Source: Patescibacteria group bacterium
GTDB lineage: Bacteria; Patescibacteriota; Minisyncoccia; Phycocordibacterales; EsbW-18
NCBI GenBank assembly: GCA_038063815.1
Contig: JBBTUJ010000002.1
Coordinates: 6,511-70,510, forward strand
Direction of reading: 5' to 3'
Length of the DNA: 64,000 bases
The translations under genes were made by a program, and so were the position numbers. The notes below the pieces were generated by a model. It saw only the letters and a list, made by a program, of their open reading frames with translations, searched no databases and was not told the DNA's origin. Below, one piece after another: positions 10,691 to 18,880 of the stretch. The number at the start of each line of letters is the position of its first letter. Position 1 is the first letter of the stretch.

Positions 10691-10708
10691 TGTGGTTTCG
10701 AAACCACA
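10691..10708. promoter_or_regulatory. Perfect 18-bp palindrome TGTGGTTTC|GAAACCACA upstream of groES (not CIRCE)
   Basis: Seen directly, 40 nt upstream of the groES ATG. A TACAAT -10-like hexamer lies at 10654-10659. Confidence 0.3.
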
Positions 10709-10747
10709 TCTCTTTTTATCCACAGCTAACACTTGTGCAAGGTTTTT

Positions 10748-11083
10748 ATGGCGAAATCAAAATCAAAATCGAAATCAAAGAATACAAAAGAACGCATCGC
10801 ACCTCTGGGAGATCGCGTGCTTGTTCGACCCCTCTCACAAGAGGAAGGTATGAAGCGTCCCTCAGGTATCATCATTCCCGATACGATTGATAAGGAACGT
10901 CCGCAGGAAGGAGAAGTCATCGCTGTTGGTCCGGGAAAATATGATGACGGAAAACTTGTTCCACTGTATGTCAAAAAAGGTGACCGCGTCCTTTTCTCGA
11001 AGTATGGATACGACGAAGTGAAAATCGACGGTGTCGAGTATTTTATTTTAAAGGAAGAAAATATCCTTGCAGTTTTAAACTAA
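10748..11083 (+). CDS. groES: Co-chaperonin GroES with an N-terminal (KS)4 extension
   Basis: [13 protein letters not shown] ... GEVIAVGPG ... mobile-loop and roof motifs. The N-terminus [12 protein letters not shown] is encoded by an (AAATCA)4 hexanucleotide repeat. Confidence 0.9.
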   Translation: MAKSKSKSKSKNTKERIAPLGDRVLVRPLSQEEGMKRPSGIIIPDTIDKERPQEGEVIAVGPGKYDDGKLVPLYVKKGDRVLFSKYGYDEVKIDGVEYFILKEENILAVLN

Positions 11084-11130
11084 CCCTAATCGCCAACTTC
11101 TAACCTCCAACATCTAACTCCTATTTCTAT

Positions 11131-12765
11131 ATGACAGCCAAAAAAATCCTTTATGAACGAGATGCGCGCGAAGCACTTGCGCGGGGTATTGAAAAAGTTG
11201 CACGAGCAGTAAAGGTCACACTTGGTCCCCGCGGACGCAACGTTGTTCTCCAAAAGAGTTACGGTGCGCCGACAATCACAAACGACGGCGTGTCGATCGC
11301 AAAAGAGATCGAACTTTCGGACAAATTTGAGAACATGGGCGCGGAGATTGTGAAAGAGGTCGCAGGAAGGACGAACGACAGCGCAGGAGATGGAACAACA
11401 ACAGCAACCGTTCTCATCGAGGCGTTGGTTTTGGAAGGGCTCAAACACACAAGTATGGGTGTGAATGCAATGGCGGTTCGTAGGGGTATGGAAAAAGCGT
11501 CAGAAGATGTTGTGGACGCACTTCGCCAATCTGCAAAACCGATCAAGAACAAGGAAGAAATCAGGCAGGTGGCAACTATTTCTGCCGAGTCAGACGAACT
11601 TGGGAAGATTATCGCAGAAACGATTGAGAAGGTTGGCAAAGATGGTGTTGTGACCGTCGAAGAAGCGCAGACATTTGGTGTTGAGTCAGAAGTCGTCGAA
11701 GGCCTTCAGTTCGATAAAGGATATGTGTCGCCCTACATGGTCACGAATGGAGAACGGATGGAAGCTGAATACCGCGACGTACCGGTCCTCGTGACAGACA
11801 AAAAGATCTCGACAGTGAAAGATATTCTACCTCTTTTGGAAGGTCTTGCGCAGGGAGGCACCAAAGAACTCGCTATTATCGCGGATGATGTCGACGGCGA
11901 AGCACTTGCGACATTTGTTGTGAATAAAATGCGTGGCGGATTCTCTGTCCTTGCCGTCAAAGCACCTGGATTCGGTGATCGAAAGAAAGAGATGCTTCAG
12001 GACATCGCAACACTTGTTGGTGCGACGGTTATCTCTGAAGAAACGGGAATAAAAATTGAGAGCGCGACAGTTGCGATGCTCGGAAAAGCGCGCCGTGTTG
12101 TTGCAACAAAAGATACGACAGTTATCGTCGGCGGAAAGGGAAAGAAGGCGGCGATTGATGAGCGCGTCGCACAACTCCGAACACAACTTGAAAACACAGA
12201 ATCAAAATACGATAAAGAAAAACTCCAGGAACGCATCGGAAAACTCTCTGGTGGTGTTGCGATCATTCGTGTTGGTGCGGCGACGGAAACAGAGATGAAA
12301 TATCTGAAGCTAAAGATTGAAGACGCAGTAAATGCGACAAAGGCAGCAATCGAGGAGGGGATCGTTGCTGGGGGAGGAAGCGCATTGGTAAAAGCCGCAG
12401 GAAAATTGGCAACTAAAAAAATGTCCGTGGAAGCAGAAGCAATTGGATATGCAATCGTTATCAAAGCACTCGAAGCACCACTTCGTCAGATTGCAGCAAA
12501 TGCCGGAAAGGACGACGGGCTCGTTATTGTTGACCAAGTTAAAAAGGGAGGAAAACATTCCGGATACGATGCGGCGAATGATGTGGTCGTGGAGGACATG
12601 CTTGCGGCGGGAATCGTTGATCCAGTGAAAGTGACTCGCACAGCAGTACAGAATGCTGTGTCCGCAGCCGCAATGCTTATAACAACGGAAGTTGCTGTTG
12701 CTGACGAACCAAAGGAAGAGAAGCCAGCAGGGGGTCACAGCCATGGTCCTGAAATGGACTACTAA
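11131..12765 (+). CDS. groEL: Chaperonin GroEL (Hsp60)
   Basis: AKKILYERDAREAL..., GDGTTTATVL, and the ATP-binding and apical domain signatures. 544 aa. Confidence 0.95.
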   Translation: MTAKKILYERDAREALARGIEKVARAVKVTLGPRGRNVVLQKSYGAPTITNDGVSIAKEIELSDKFENMGAEIVKEVAGRTNDSAGDGTTTATVLIEALVLEGLKHTSMGVNAMAVRRGMEKASEDVVDALRQSAKPIKNKEEIRQVATISAESDELGKIIAETIEKVGKDGVVTVEEAQTFGVESEVVEGLQFDKGYVSPYMVTNGERMEAEYRDVPVLVTDKKISTVKDILPLLEGLAQGGTKELAIIADDVDGEALATFVVNKMRGGFSVLAVKAPGFGDRKKEMLQDIATLVGATVISEETGIKIESATVAMLGKARRVVATKDTTVIVGGKGKKAAIDERVAQLRTQLENTESKYDKEKLQERIGKLSGGVAIIRVGAATETEMKYLKLKIEDAVNATKAAIEEGIVAGGGSALVKAAGKLATKKMSVEAEAIGYAIVIKALEAPLRQIAANAGKDDGLVIVDQVKKGGKHSGYDAANDVVVEDMLAAGIVDPVKVTRTAVQNAVSAAAMLITTEVAVADEPKEEKPAGGHSHGPEMDY

Positions 12766-12800
12766 AATAGGTTGCAGGGTATAGCTTTTTTGGGGATAGA

Positions 12801-12838
12801 AAAACACAAGGCAGAGATGCCTTGTGTTTTTCTGTTTC
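12801..12838 (+). terminator. Rho-independent terminator after groEL
   Basis: aaaacacaaggca-gaga-tgccttgtgtttt followed by tctgttt. Confidence 0.6.
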
Positions 12839-12885
12839 CGTTATATAATGTTCGTTAAACCAGTTGCTCTTTCCGGGGGGAAACA

Positions 12886-13023
12886 ATGCCACATGCCCAT
12901 ATTCCGCGTTACAACCGTGAGGACGAGCGGGAAGTAAGCTTCATCGCGGGGAAGTGGGCGGCAATAATCGCTCCACCCCTCACGGCCCTTCTTCTGCTTT
13001 GGGTTTGGTCCTGCACGCACTAG
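12886..13023 (+). CDS. Candidate 45-aa small protein (MPHAHIPRYNREDEREVSFIAGKWAAIIAPPLTALLLLWVWSCTH); the region could instead be an sRNA
   Basis: GGGGGG SD 7 nt upstream of the ATG, and a hydrophobic C-terminal helix. Sits in a terminator-bounded ~220-nt unit with a TATAAT at 12844. Confidence 0.25.
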   Translation: MPHAHIPRYNREDEREVSFIAGKWAAIIAPPLTALLLLWVWSCTH

Positions 13024-13046
13024 TGCGCAAGACCAAATCTACCGCC

Positions 13047-13073
13047 AGCCGCCTTCGGGCGGCTTTCGCTTTT
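13047..13073 (+). terminator. Rho-independent terminator (agccgcc-ttcg-ggcggct + U tract)
   Basis: Hairpin followed by ttcgctttt. Closes the small transcription unit after groEL. Confidence 0.55.
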
Positions 13074-13145
13074 ATGAGAAAATTCAAGTAAAATGTATCT
13101 ACGTTTTTCCTATAACCTACAACCTTAATCCTATAACCTATCCTT

Positions 13146-13703
13146 ATGACACCTCTCTATATCTTTCTTGCGATTCTTGTCTTGTTCATCCTGTGGCTGA
13201 TTGCAACGTATAACAAATTCATACGTCTGGGGGTGAGAACCACCGAAGCGTGGGCAGACATCGATGTTCAGTTAAAGCGCCGCTATGACCTCATTCCAAA
13301 TCTTGTTGAAACAGTAAAAGGATACGCGACGCACGAGAAAGAAGCATTTGAGAACGTGACTCGTGCACGTGCAGCGGCAATGGGCGCACAGACAGTCGAA
13401 GATCACACAAAGGCGGAGAATATGCTTGCAGGGGCACTCAAATCGCTTTTTGCTGTCGCAGAAGCATACCCTGATCTTAAGGCAAACCAGAACTTTCTTG
13501 AACTCCAACGCGAACTTTCTGACACGGAGAACAAGATCCAAGCGGCACGTCGGTTCTACAACTCAAATGTTCGCGATCTTAACACCGCGGTACAGACGTT
13601 CCCGAGCAATGTAATCGCAGGAATATTCAATGTGTCAAAACGAGAATTCTTCGATCTTGATGAGGTAGCCCTCGAGCGCGAGCCAGTGAAAGTCAGTTTC
13701 TAG
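13146..13703 (+). CDS. lemA: LemA family protein
   Basis: N-terminal TM plus a LemA domain (YNKFIRL ... QLKRRYDLIPNLVETVKGYA ... FPSNVIAGIF). Confidence 0.85.
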   Translation: MTPLYIFLAILVLFILWLIATYNKFIRLGVRTTEAWADIDVQLKRRYDLIPNLVETVKGYATHEKEAFENVTRARAAAMGAQTVEDHTKAENMLAGALKSLFAVAEAYPDLKANQNFLELQRELSDTENKIQAARRFYNSNVRDLNTAVQTFPSNVIAGIFNVSKREFFDLDEVALEREPVKVSF

Positions 13704-13722
13704 TTTCGTTAGCTAGTTTTCT

Positions 13723-14196
13723 ATGGCAAACATCGTCTCCACACCAGAGTTGCATCGAATAGTCCCTTCGGTGGCAATTTACCGTGACGATGGTCGTTTT
13801 CTTATCATCAAGCGTGCGTCGAATCTCAAGGTGCATCCAGGTAAGTGGTCAATACCGGGCGGTGGTATGAGTTCCGAAGAGTATACCAACACACCAGTAA
13901 CGTATGGTGATAACGGCTGGTATCTCCCTGTTCATGAGGCATTGAAACGGGAAGTACGTGAAGAAGTTGGTCTTGAAATAGGAGAGCCAAAATATCTCCA
14001 CCACTATACTTTTGTTCGGCCAGATGGCGTGCCTGTTCTGGGGATGGTGTTTTATGCACCACATGTTTCAGGTGATGTCGTTTTGGATGAGGACGCTTCT
14101 GACTTTACATGGATTCTCCCCGAAGAGTTAAGCAACTACGACTGCATTGCAAGCATCCATCGAGAAATAGCTGCTGCCTCCGAACTTCTTAAGTAA
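13723..14196 (+). CDS. NUDIX hydrolase
   Basis: Nudix box GGGMSSEE...HEALKREVREEVGL. Confidence 0.8.
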   Translation: MANIVSTPELHRIVPSVAIYRDDGRFLIIKRASNLKVHPGKWSIPGGGMSSEEYTNTPVTYGDNGWYLPVHEALKREVREEVGLEIGEPKYLHHYTFVRPDGVPVLGMVFYAPHVSGDVVLDEDASDFTWILPEELSNYDCIASIHREIAAASELLK

Positions 14197-14197
14197 T

Positions 14198-14377
14198 ATG
14201 CCAACGATTCACTCCCACGGAAATACAAATGTAAGCAAAATCTGGTTCGTCGTTGTGTTTGCTTTTGTGGTCTTACTTGGCATTTCGTGGAAGGTGTATG
14301 CAAGTCTTGAAGAAATTGCGCTTCACACGAACCACATGACAGACGATCTTCGGGACCTTATGGATGATCCACACTGA
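14198..14377 (+). CDS. Hypothetical 59-aa membrane protein
   Basis: ATG directly after the NUDIX stop, one TM helix, stop 1 nt before the htpX ATG. Below the ORF-track size cutoff. Confidence 0.3.
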   Translation: MPTIHSHGNTNVSKIWFVVVFAFVVLLGISWKVYASLEEIALHTNHMTDDLRDLMDDPH

Positions 14378-14378
14378 A

Positions 14379-15260
14379 ATGGCAACACTCTACACACATC
14401 AAAGCAGTAATGTCGCAAAAACATGGACGCTGATGGCGCTCTTTTTTGCCGGCGTCATTTTTTTGGGATGGGGTGTGAGCTATCTCTACGAAGCACCCGA
14501 AATTCTTTTTATCGCTGTTTTTGTGAGCATCTTCATGAATATTGCGGCGTATTGGTTTTCCGACAAGATTGCACTTTCTGTATCGCGTGCTCGACCAGCA
14601 TCTCGGGAAGAGTTTTTTGACCTCTACACTGTCACAGAGAACCTCGCGATTACCGCTGGGCTTCCCATGCCCCGTATTTACGTGATTGACGATTCTGCGC
14701 CAAATGCGTTTGCGACGGGGCGCAACAAAGAACATGCTGTTGTTGCCGTCACAAAAGGGCTTTTGGAGCGTCTCGATCGCACAGAGCTCGAGGGGGTTAT
14801 TGCGCACGAACTCTCTCACGTCGGGAACCGAGATATCTTACTTTCAACCATCGTCGTCGTTCTTGCTGGGTTTGTGAGTTTGCTCGCTGACTTTTTCTTG
14901 CGGACACACACGTTTGCAGGAAATCGGGATAACAATAAAGCAGGAGGAATCCTTATGCTTATCGGGATTGTTCTCGCGATACTTGCACCAATCGCGGCAA
15001 CGCTCATGCGCCTTGCTATCTCACGGAAGAGGGAATTCCTTGCGGATGCGTCAGGTGCGCTTCTCACACGCTACCCTGAAGGTCTTGCGAGTGCTCTTCA
15101 AAAGATCTCCGCCTATGGCGCGCCCATGAAGCATGCACACAACGCAACGGCACATCTCTTCATTTCAAATCCATTTGGTTCTACTGCAAAAGGATTAAGT
15201 AAGTTATTCATGACCCACCCTCCCGTTGAAGAGCGGATACGGGCCTTACGAGGACAATAA
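14379..15260 (+). CDS. htpX: Zinc metalloprotease HtpX (M48)
   Basis: HELSHV zinc motif, four TM helices. lemA and htpX are commonly adjacent. Confidence 0.85.
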   Translation: MATLYTHQSSNVAKTWTLMALFFAGVIFLGWGVSYLYEAPEILFIAVFVSIFMNIAAYWFSDKIALSVSRARPASREEFFDLYTVTENLAITAGLPMPRIYVIDDSAPNAFATGRNKEHAVVAVTKGLLERLDRTELEGVIAHELSHVGNRDILLSTIVVVLAGFVSLLADFFLRTHTFAGNRDNNKAGGILMLIGIVLAILAPIAATLMRLAISRKREFLADASGALLTRYPEGLASALQKISAYGAPMKHAHNATAHLFISNPFGSTAKGLSKLFMTHPPVEERIRALRGQ

Positions 15261-15262
15261 TC

Positions 15263-15694
15263 ATGACCAAAGACCCGTTATTTGTTTTTAATTCTTGGGC
15301 AGGCGCATCTCTTCTTGATGGGTGGACACTCATCCACTTTCTCGGATGGGCAGCGTTTGGATATGTGTGCAGGATTTTTGGTGTTTCACTTGTGGCAACG
15401 TGCATTATCGGTATTTGTATCGTGGTCGGATGGAAAGTATATGAAAAAGTTGCAAAGATTGATGAGCCATGGACCAACACTATTGTTGACATAGTAATCG
15501 GAATTTCTGCCGTGATTCTGGCCTATGTCCTCATGCCAACGGCCTCTTTTCGAACAGAGATTTCAATTGCACTATTGCTTGCCGTTCTGACATTCGCGCT
15601 TAACGTGTGGGCATGGATTTCATGGAACGGTCTCCCTGGTAGTACAAAGTCGACCCATGACACAAATATCTCAACAAACGAAGAAGGTTCATGA
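15263..15694 (+). CDS. Hypothetical small membrane protein (paralog A)
   Basis: Four TM helices. Shares motifs with the next ORF (LIHFLGWAAFG / IVHTLSGMALACG; DIVIGIS / DIVFGLIG). Confidence 0.5.
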   Translation: MTKDPLFVFNSWAGASLLDGWTLIHFLGWAAFGYVCRIFGVSLVATCIIGICIVVGWKVYEKVAKIDEPWTNTIVDIVIGISAVILAYVLMPTASFRTEISIALLLAVLTFALNVWAWISWNGLPGSTKSTHDTNISTNEEGS

Positions 15695-16095
15695 GAAAAA
15701 TCAAACTTATCGCACCCGACCCAATTCCGCTGATTTCTCTTACATGGAGTGAAGGGCGTATTTTTGATCTCTGGATGATTGTACACACGCTCTCGGGCAT
15801 GGCACTTGCATGCGGGATCTGGCTTTTGCCACTACCCACCACTTTTGATTACCCACTTGTATTGGTTCTTTTGATAGCGTGGGAGATATACGAAATAGCC
15901 GCAGGGCTCACCGAAGAGGTTGAAAACCTAACACTCGATATTGTTTTTGGATTGATTGGATTTTCATTTGTGTACGAAAAAATGCTCACCGATGCAAGCA
16001 CTGGCTACGCATGGGCAATCGGTGTCGCGTTTTTAGCGTGCAACGCACTCCTCAATTTTCTCGGTTGGAGGGCGTATAGGAAGAGGGGAAAATAA
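15691..16095 (+). CDS. Hypothetical small membrane protein (paralog B, overlaps A by 4 nt)
   Basis: Tandem duplicate of the preceding ORF. Confidence 0.5.
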   Translation: MRKIKLIAPDPIPLISLTWSEGRIFDLWMIVHTLSGMALACGIWLLPLPTTFDYPLVLVLLIAWEIYEIAAGLTEEVENLTLDIVFGLIGFSFVYEKMLTDASTGYAWAIGVAFLACNALLNFLGWRAYRKRGK

Positions 16096-16132
16096 ACGGG
16101 TTACAGTTTTTAACGTATGGGCTAACACCCCG

Positions 16133-16969
16133 GTGCTATACTACTGCCATATGGAAGGCCTTAAAAAGAGTGCATATTTGGGAGTGATAAAGGAACTCAA
16201 GGGCGAGATCGAAAATGGAGGATTTCAGTCCGTGGGGAAAAGAGTTTTGGAAGAGTCAAAAATAAAGCCTGTATATACACTAGAGAAAGAAGACCCTCTC
16301 CTCTGCGACGAAAATAGACAAAAATTGAATACCGAGGCAGGTGTCGTTATCGCTAATCATCCAGGATACTTTGACACTTTTTTCATTCTGAACACTCTTA
16401 AGAGAAAGGATGTGAAAATCGTAGTAAGCGGATCCAACTACGAAACGTTTGGCCGTGCTATCGGTGAAGAGTTCCTAATCAAGGCAACACGTGACCCGTC
16501 CGAAGTAGTATCATTCCTACGTTCGATTAAAGATCACATAGAAAGTGGAGGACTCGTTCTTATATATCCAACAGGCGGGGGCCATGATAATGATAAGAAT
16601 CCTCCATTCGAAAATGGATTTTCAGTCATTCTTAAGAGATGTTTGAAACCCACCGATATGGTGTATTCATTTTATATCGATCCAGAAGACTTCGGACCTT
16701 TGGTTGACGAAAAAATCTCAAGGCTTTCGGGGATAGTGTCGGCCGTTACCGTTCACCCGTCCTTTAATGTGAACAGACTAAAAGAAGAGGCAGAAGTAAG
16801 GGTACATGAGCGATATTCAACCGCAGAAGAGTGGCAAGAAGTTTTAGACAGCTCGAATAAAAAAGAAAAGAACCAAAAACTAACAGAACATTTTCTGGGT
16901 AGTTTTCAGGACAAACCTGACACTGAACCTGGGGCGGAGGGTGAGGGATTCGAACCCTCGGTGGTATAA
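16133..16969 (+). CDS. Lysophospholipid (PlsC-like) acyltransferase family protein
   Basis: HX4D motif NHPGYFD and downstream IYPTGGG block. The C-terminal 12 codons overlap tRNA-Ser. AT-rich relative to neighbours. Confidence 0.55.
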   Translation: MLYYCHMEGLKKSAYLGVIKELKGEIENGGFQSVGKRVLEESKIKPVYTLEKEDPLLCDENRQKLNTEAGVVIANHPGYFDTFFILNTLKRKDVKIVVSGSNYETFGRAIGEEFLIKATRDPSEVVSFLRSIKDHIESGGLVLIYPTGGGHDNDKNPPFENGFSVILKRCLKPTDMVYSFYIDPEDFGPLVDEKISRLSGIVSAVTVHPSFNVNRLKEEAEVRVHERYSTAEEWQEVLDSSNKKEKNQKLTEHFLGSFQDKPDTEPGAEGEGFEPSVV

Positions 16970-17019
16970 CCCACACACGCTTTCCAAGCGTGCGCACTAG
17001 ACCGCTATGCGAACCCTCC
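16935..17019 (-). tRNA. tRNA-Ser (anticodon GGA), class II with a long variable arm
   Basis: Folded by hand: acceptor GGAGGGT/ACCCTCC, anticodon stem CACGC/GCGTG with loop TTGGAAA, T-arm GAGGG-TTCGAAT-CCCTC, discriminator G. No encoded CCA. Confidence 0.85.
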
Positions 17020-17052
17020 AAAGGTAAAAGACGGCTTTTTATAGCATGGATT

Positions 17053-17940
17053 CTATGCTTTCAGAAATGTCATGACTTTTTTCTCAATCCTACCCATTTC
17101 TTTTGGATTGAACCATACAATATCTTTATTCTTCTTAAACCATGTCATCTGTCGGCGTGAGTACTGCCAGATTGCTGTTGCAAGCTGTTCGAGGAATTCG
17201 CTTTTTGTGTTTCTTTTTTCAAGCAAGTCCGCAAGGAAGCGATATTCGAGGCCAAGCTCGCGCATGCGTTTGTATGAAAGACCGCGCGCGTGGAGCGTTC
17301 GGGCCTCCGCAACCATACCCTGCTTCATGCGCAGGGCTATGCGTTGTTTGATTTTTAGCCGGAGCTTGTCGGGTGAGAGCATGAGGCCGATATATAAAAC
17401 GTCATCGCGTTTCTGCGTGCTTGATCTCGGCACTTTACCCAATACCTCAATAATCTCTAGTGCACGAATGAGTCGGCGCGGGTTTTTGGAATCAATGGTT
17501 TTGGCACGGGCTGGATCTTTCTTTTTGAGCATCGCAAAGAGCTGTGCGGCGCTTTTCTTTCCAAGTTTTTTGCGAAGCGCGTGGTTTGGCGGCACAGCAG
17601 GGAAGGTGGTGTCTTTTGTAATGGCATCAATATAGAGCCCGGTGCCGCCAACAATAATTGGCACGTGTTTATTCTTATATATCGAACGAATAACTTTCTC
17701 TGCGTGTTTTTGGTAATCAGAAACGGAGAATTGTTTCTTTGGATTTGCGATATCAAGTAGGTGGTGGTGGACACCGTGCATTTCGCGCTTGGGGATTTTA
17801 CCGGTTCCAATATCAAGTCCCGTATACACTTGCCGTGAGTCGGCAGAAATTATTTCTCCGCCGAACTTTTTTGCAAGACATACACCCACATCGCTTTTTC
17901 CTGTTGCGGTAGGGCCAAGGATGACGATTCTCTTATTCAT
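17053..17940 (-). CDS. miaA: tRNA dimethylallyltransferase
   Basis: P-loop GPTATGKS, IISADSRQVYTGLDIGT, IPT family. Confidence 0.9.
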   Translation of the reverse strand: MNKRIVILGPTATGKSDVGVCLAKKFGGEIISADSRQVYTGLDIGTGKIPKREMHGVHHHLLDIANPKKQFSVSDYQKHAEKVIRSIYKNKHVPIIVGGTGLYIDAITKDTTFPAVPPNHALRKKLGKKSAAQLFAMLKKKDPARAKTIDSKNPRRLIRALEIIEVLGKVPRSSTQKRDDVLYIGLMLSPDKLRLKIKQRIALRMKQGMVAEARTLHARGLSYKRMRELGLEYRFLADLLEKRNTKSEFLEQLATAIWQYSRRQMTWFKKNKDIVWFNPKEMGRIEKKVMTFLKA

Positions 17941-18692
17941 ATGAATAAGAGATCAAAAAGAGCGACGATGTCTGTCACATAAAGAACCAAAAGATACTTT
18001 CGGTTTTTTCTCCAAGATGCATTTTCTTTTAAGGATTCTCTAAACTTTCCTGGAATTCTTCCTCGTACAATCTTTTTATAAAATTCCGAAACGATTCGTT
18101 CTAGCCCACCGACTCCAAGGAGGAAAAAGAGCCCCGGAGTGTTTGGAAAAAGAAACACCAAAAGAAGTCCCGACAGCAGAGCAATAACTGGGCTACGCAA
18201 AAACTTTATTGGCTGAAACCCCTCGTACGGAGCATCTTTCATTGCTCCACCGATAGCAACACAAAGACCAACCAAAAGACCAGCGACAATTCCCGAAACA
18301 GTGACCGCTACGTTCCAAAGGACAAAAAATAGAACTAGAACTAAGAATAAAAATACTATTCGACGTGTCAATACATTACACCGAATTCCCAAATCTGATG
18401 GAATTTTGTATTTGCTCTGATCCTCGAGACGCCATAACGCTTTATACATTTCTGTCAAAAGCCGCTCGATTGCGATTGCAGAGAGTGCCACTAATAGGAG
18501 TGGCAAGGAATCATTTAAAAGGTAGAAGAAACAACCTGCCACAAGGCCAAAGACAAGTGAACGAAAAACCTTCTTAACATCAAAGTTTTCTACGAGAAGG
18601 TCGCCATAGAGACCCCACAGAATCATATTACTGACTCCGAGGAAGCTCGAAAAAAGATATAAGACGAGAGCTGAACTATAAATAGGATCCAT
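17937..18692 (-). CDS. Hypothetical polytopic membrane protein
   Basis: Start moved to MDPIYSS (ATG at 18692) because the ORF-track N-terminus is a translation of tRNA-Leu. Overlaps the miaA start by 4 nt. Confidence 0.5.
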   Translation of the reverse strand: MDPIYSSALVLYLFSSFLGVSNMILWGLYGDLLVENFDVKKVFRSLVFGLVAGCFFYLLNDSLPLLLVALSAIAIERLLTEMYKALWRLEDQSKYKIPSDLGIRCNVLTRRIVFLFLVLVLFFVLWNVAVTVSGIVAGLLVGLCVAIGGAMKDAPYEGFQPIKFLRSPVIALLSGLLLVFLFPNTPGLFFLLGVGGLERIVSEFYKKIVRGRIPGKFRESLKENASWRKNRKYLLVLYVTDIVALFDLLFI

Positions 18693-18698
18693 GCTATC

Positions 18699-18782
18699 TG
18701 GTGCCGGGGGAGGGACTCGAACCCTCATCCCTTGCGAGACACGATTTTGAGTCGTGCGCGTATACCATTCCGCCACCCCGGC
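18699..18782 (-). tRNA. tRNA-Leu (anticodon CAA) with encoded CCA
   Basis: Acceptor GCCGGGG/CCCCGGC, anticodon stem CACGA/TCGTG with loop CTCAAAA, long variable arm, T-arm GAGGG-TTCGAGT-CCCTC, 3-prime ACCA. Confidence 0.85.
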
Positions 18783-18880
18783 ATATATGGCAGTGTAGAC
18801 GATTTTTTTGTCCCAATCAATTTTATTTTTATGATACGATATGTTTGTCGTCAGTTGTCGGTCGTTGGTTACATAGGTAT

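Noticed and set aside
11086-12807. Numerous antisense or alternate-frame ORFs inside groEL, topA, uvrA, the P-type ATPase and other long genes
   Set aside because: They are embedded in confidently assigned conserved genes, lack ribosome-binding sites, and their translations are low-complexity.
18701-18880. ORF-track N-terminal 60 codons of ParB (18701-18880), and the 17937..18887 version of the membrane protein
   Set aside because: Both run straight through tRNA-Leu (and tRNA-Ser for 16133..16969 in part). The internal ATG starts at 18881 and 18692 remove the overlap and have plausible upstream spacing.
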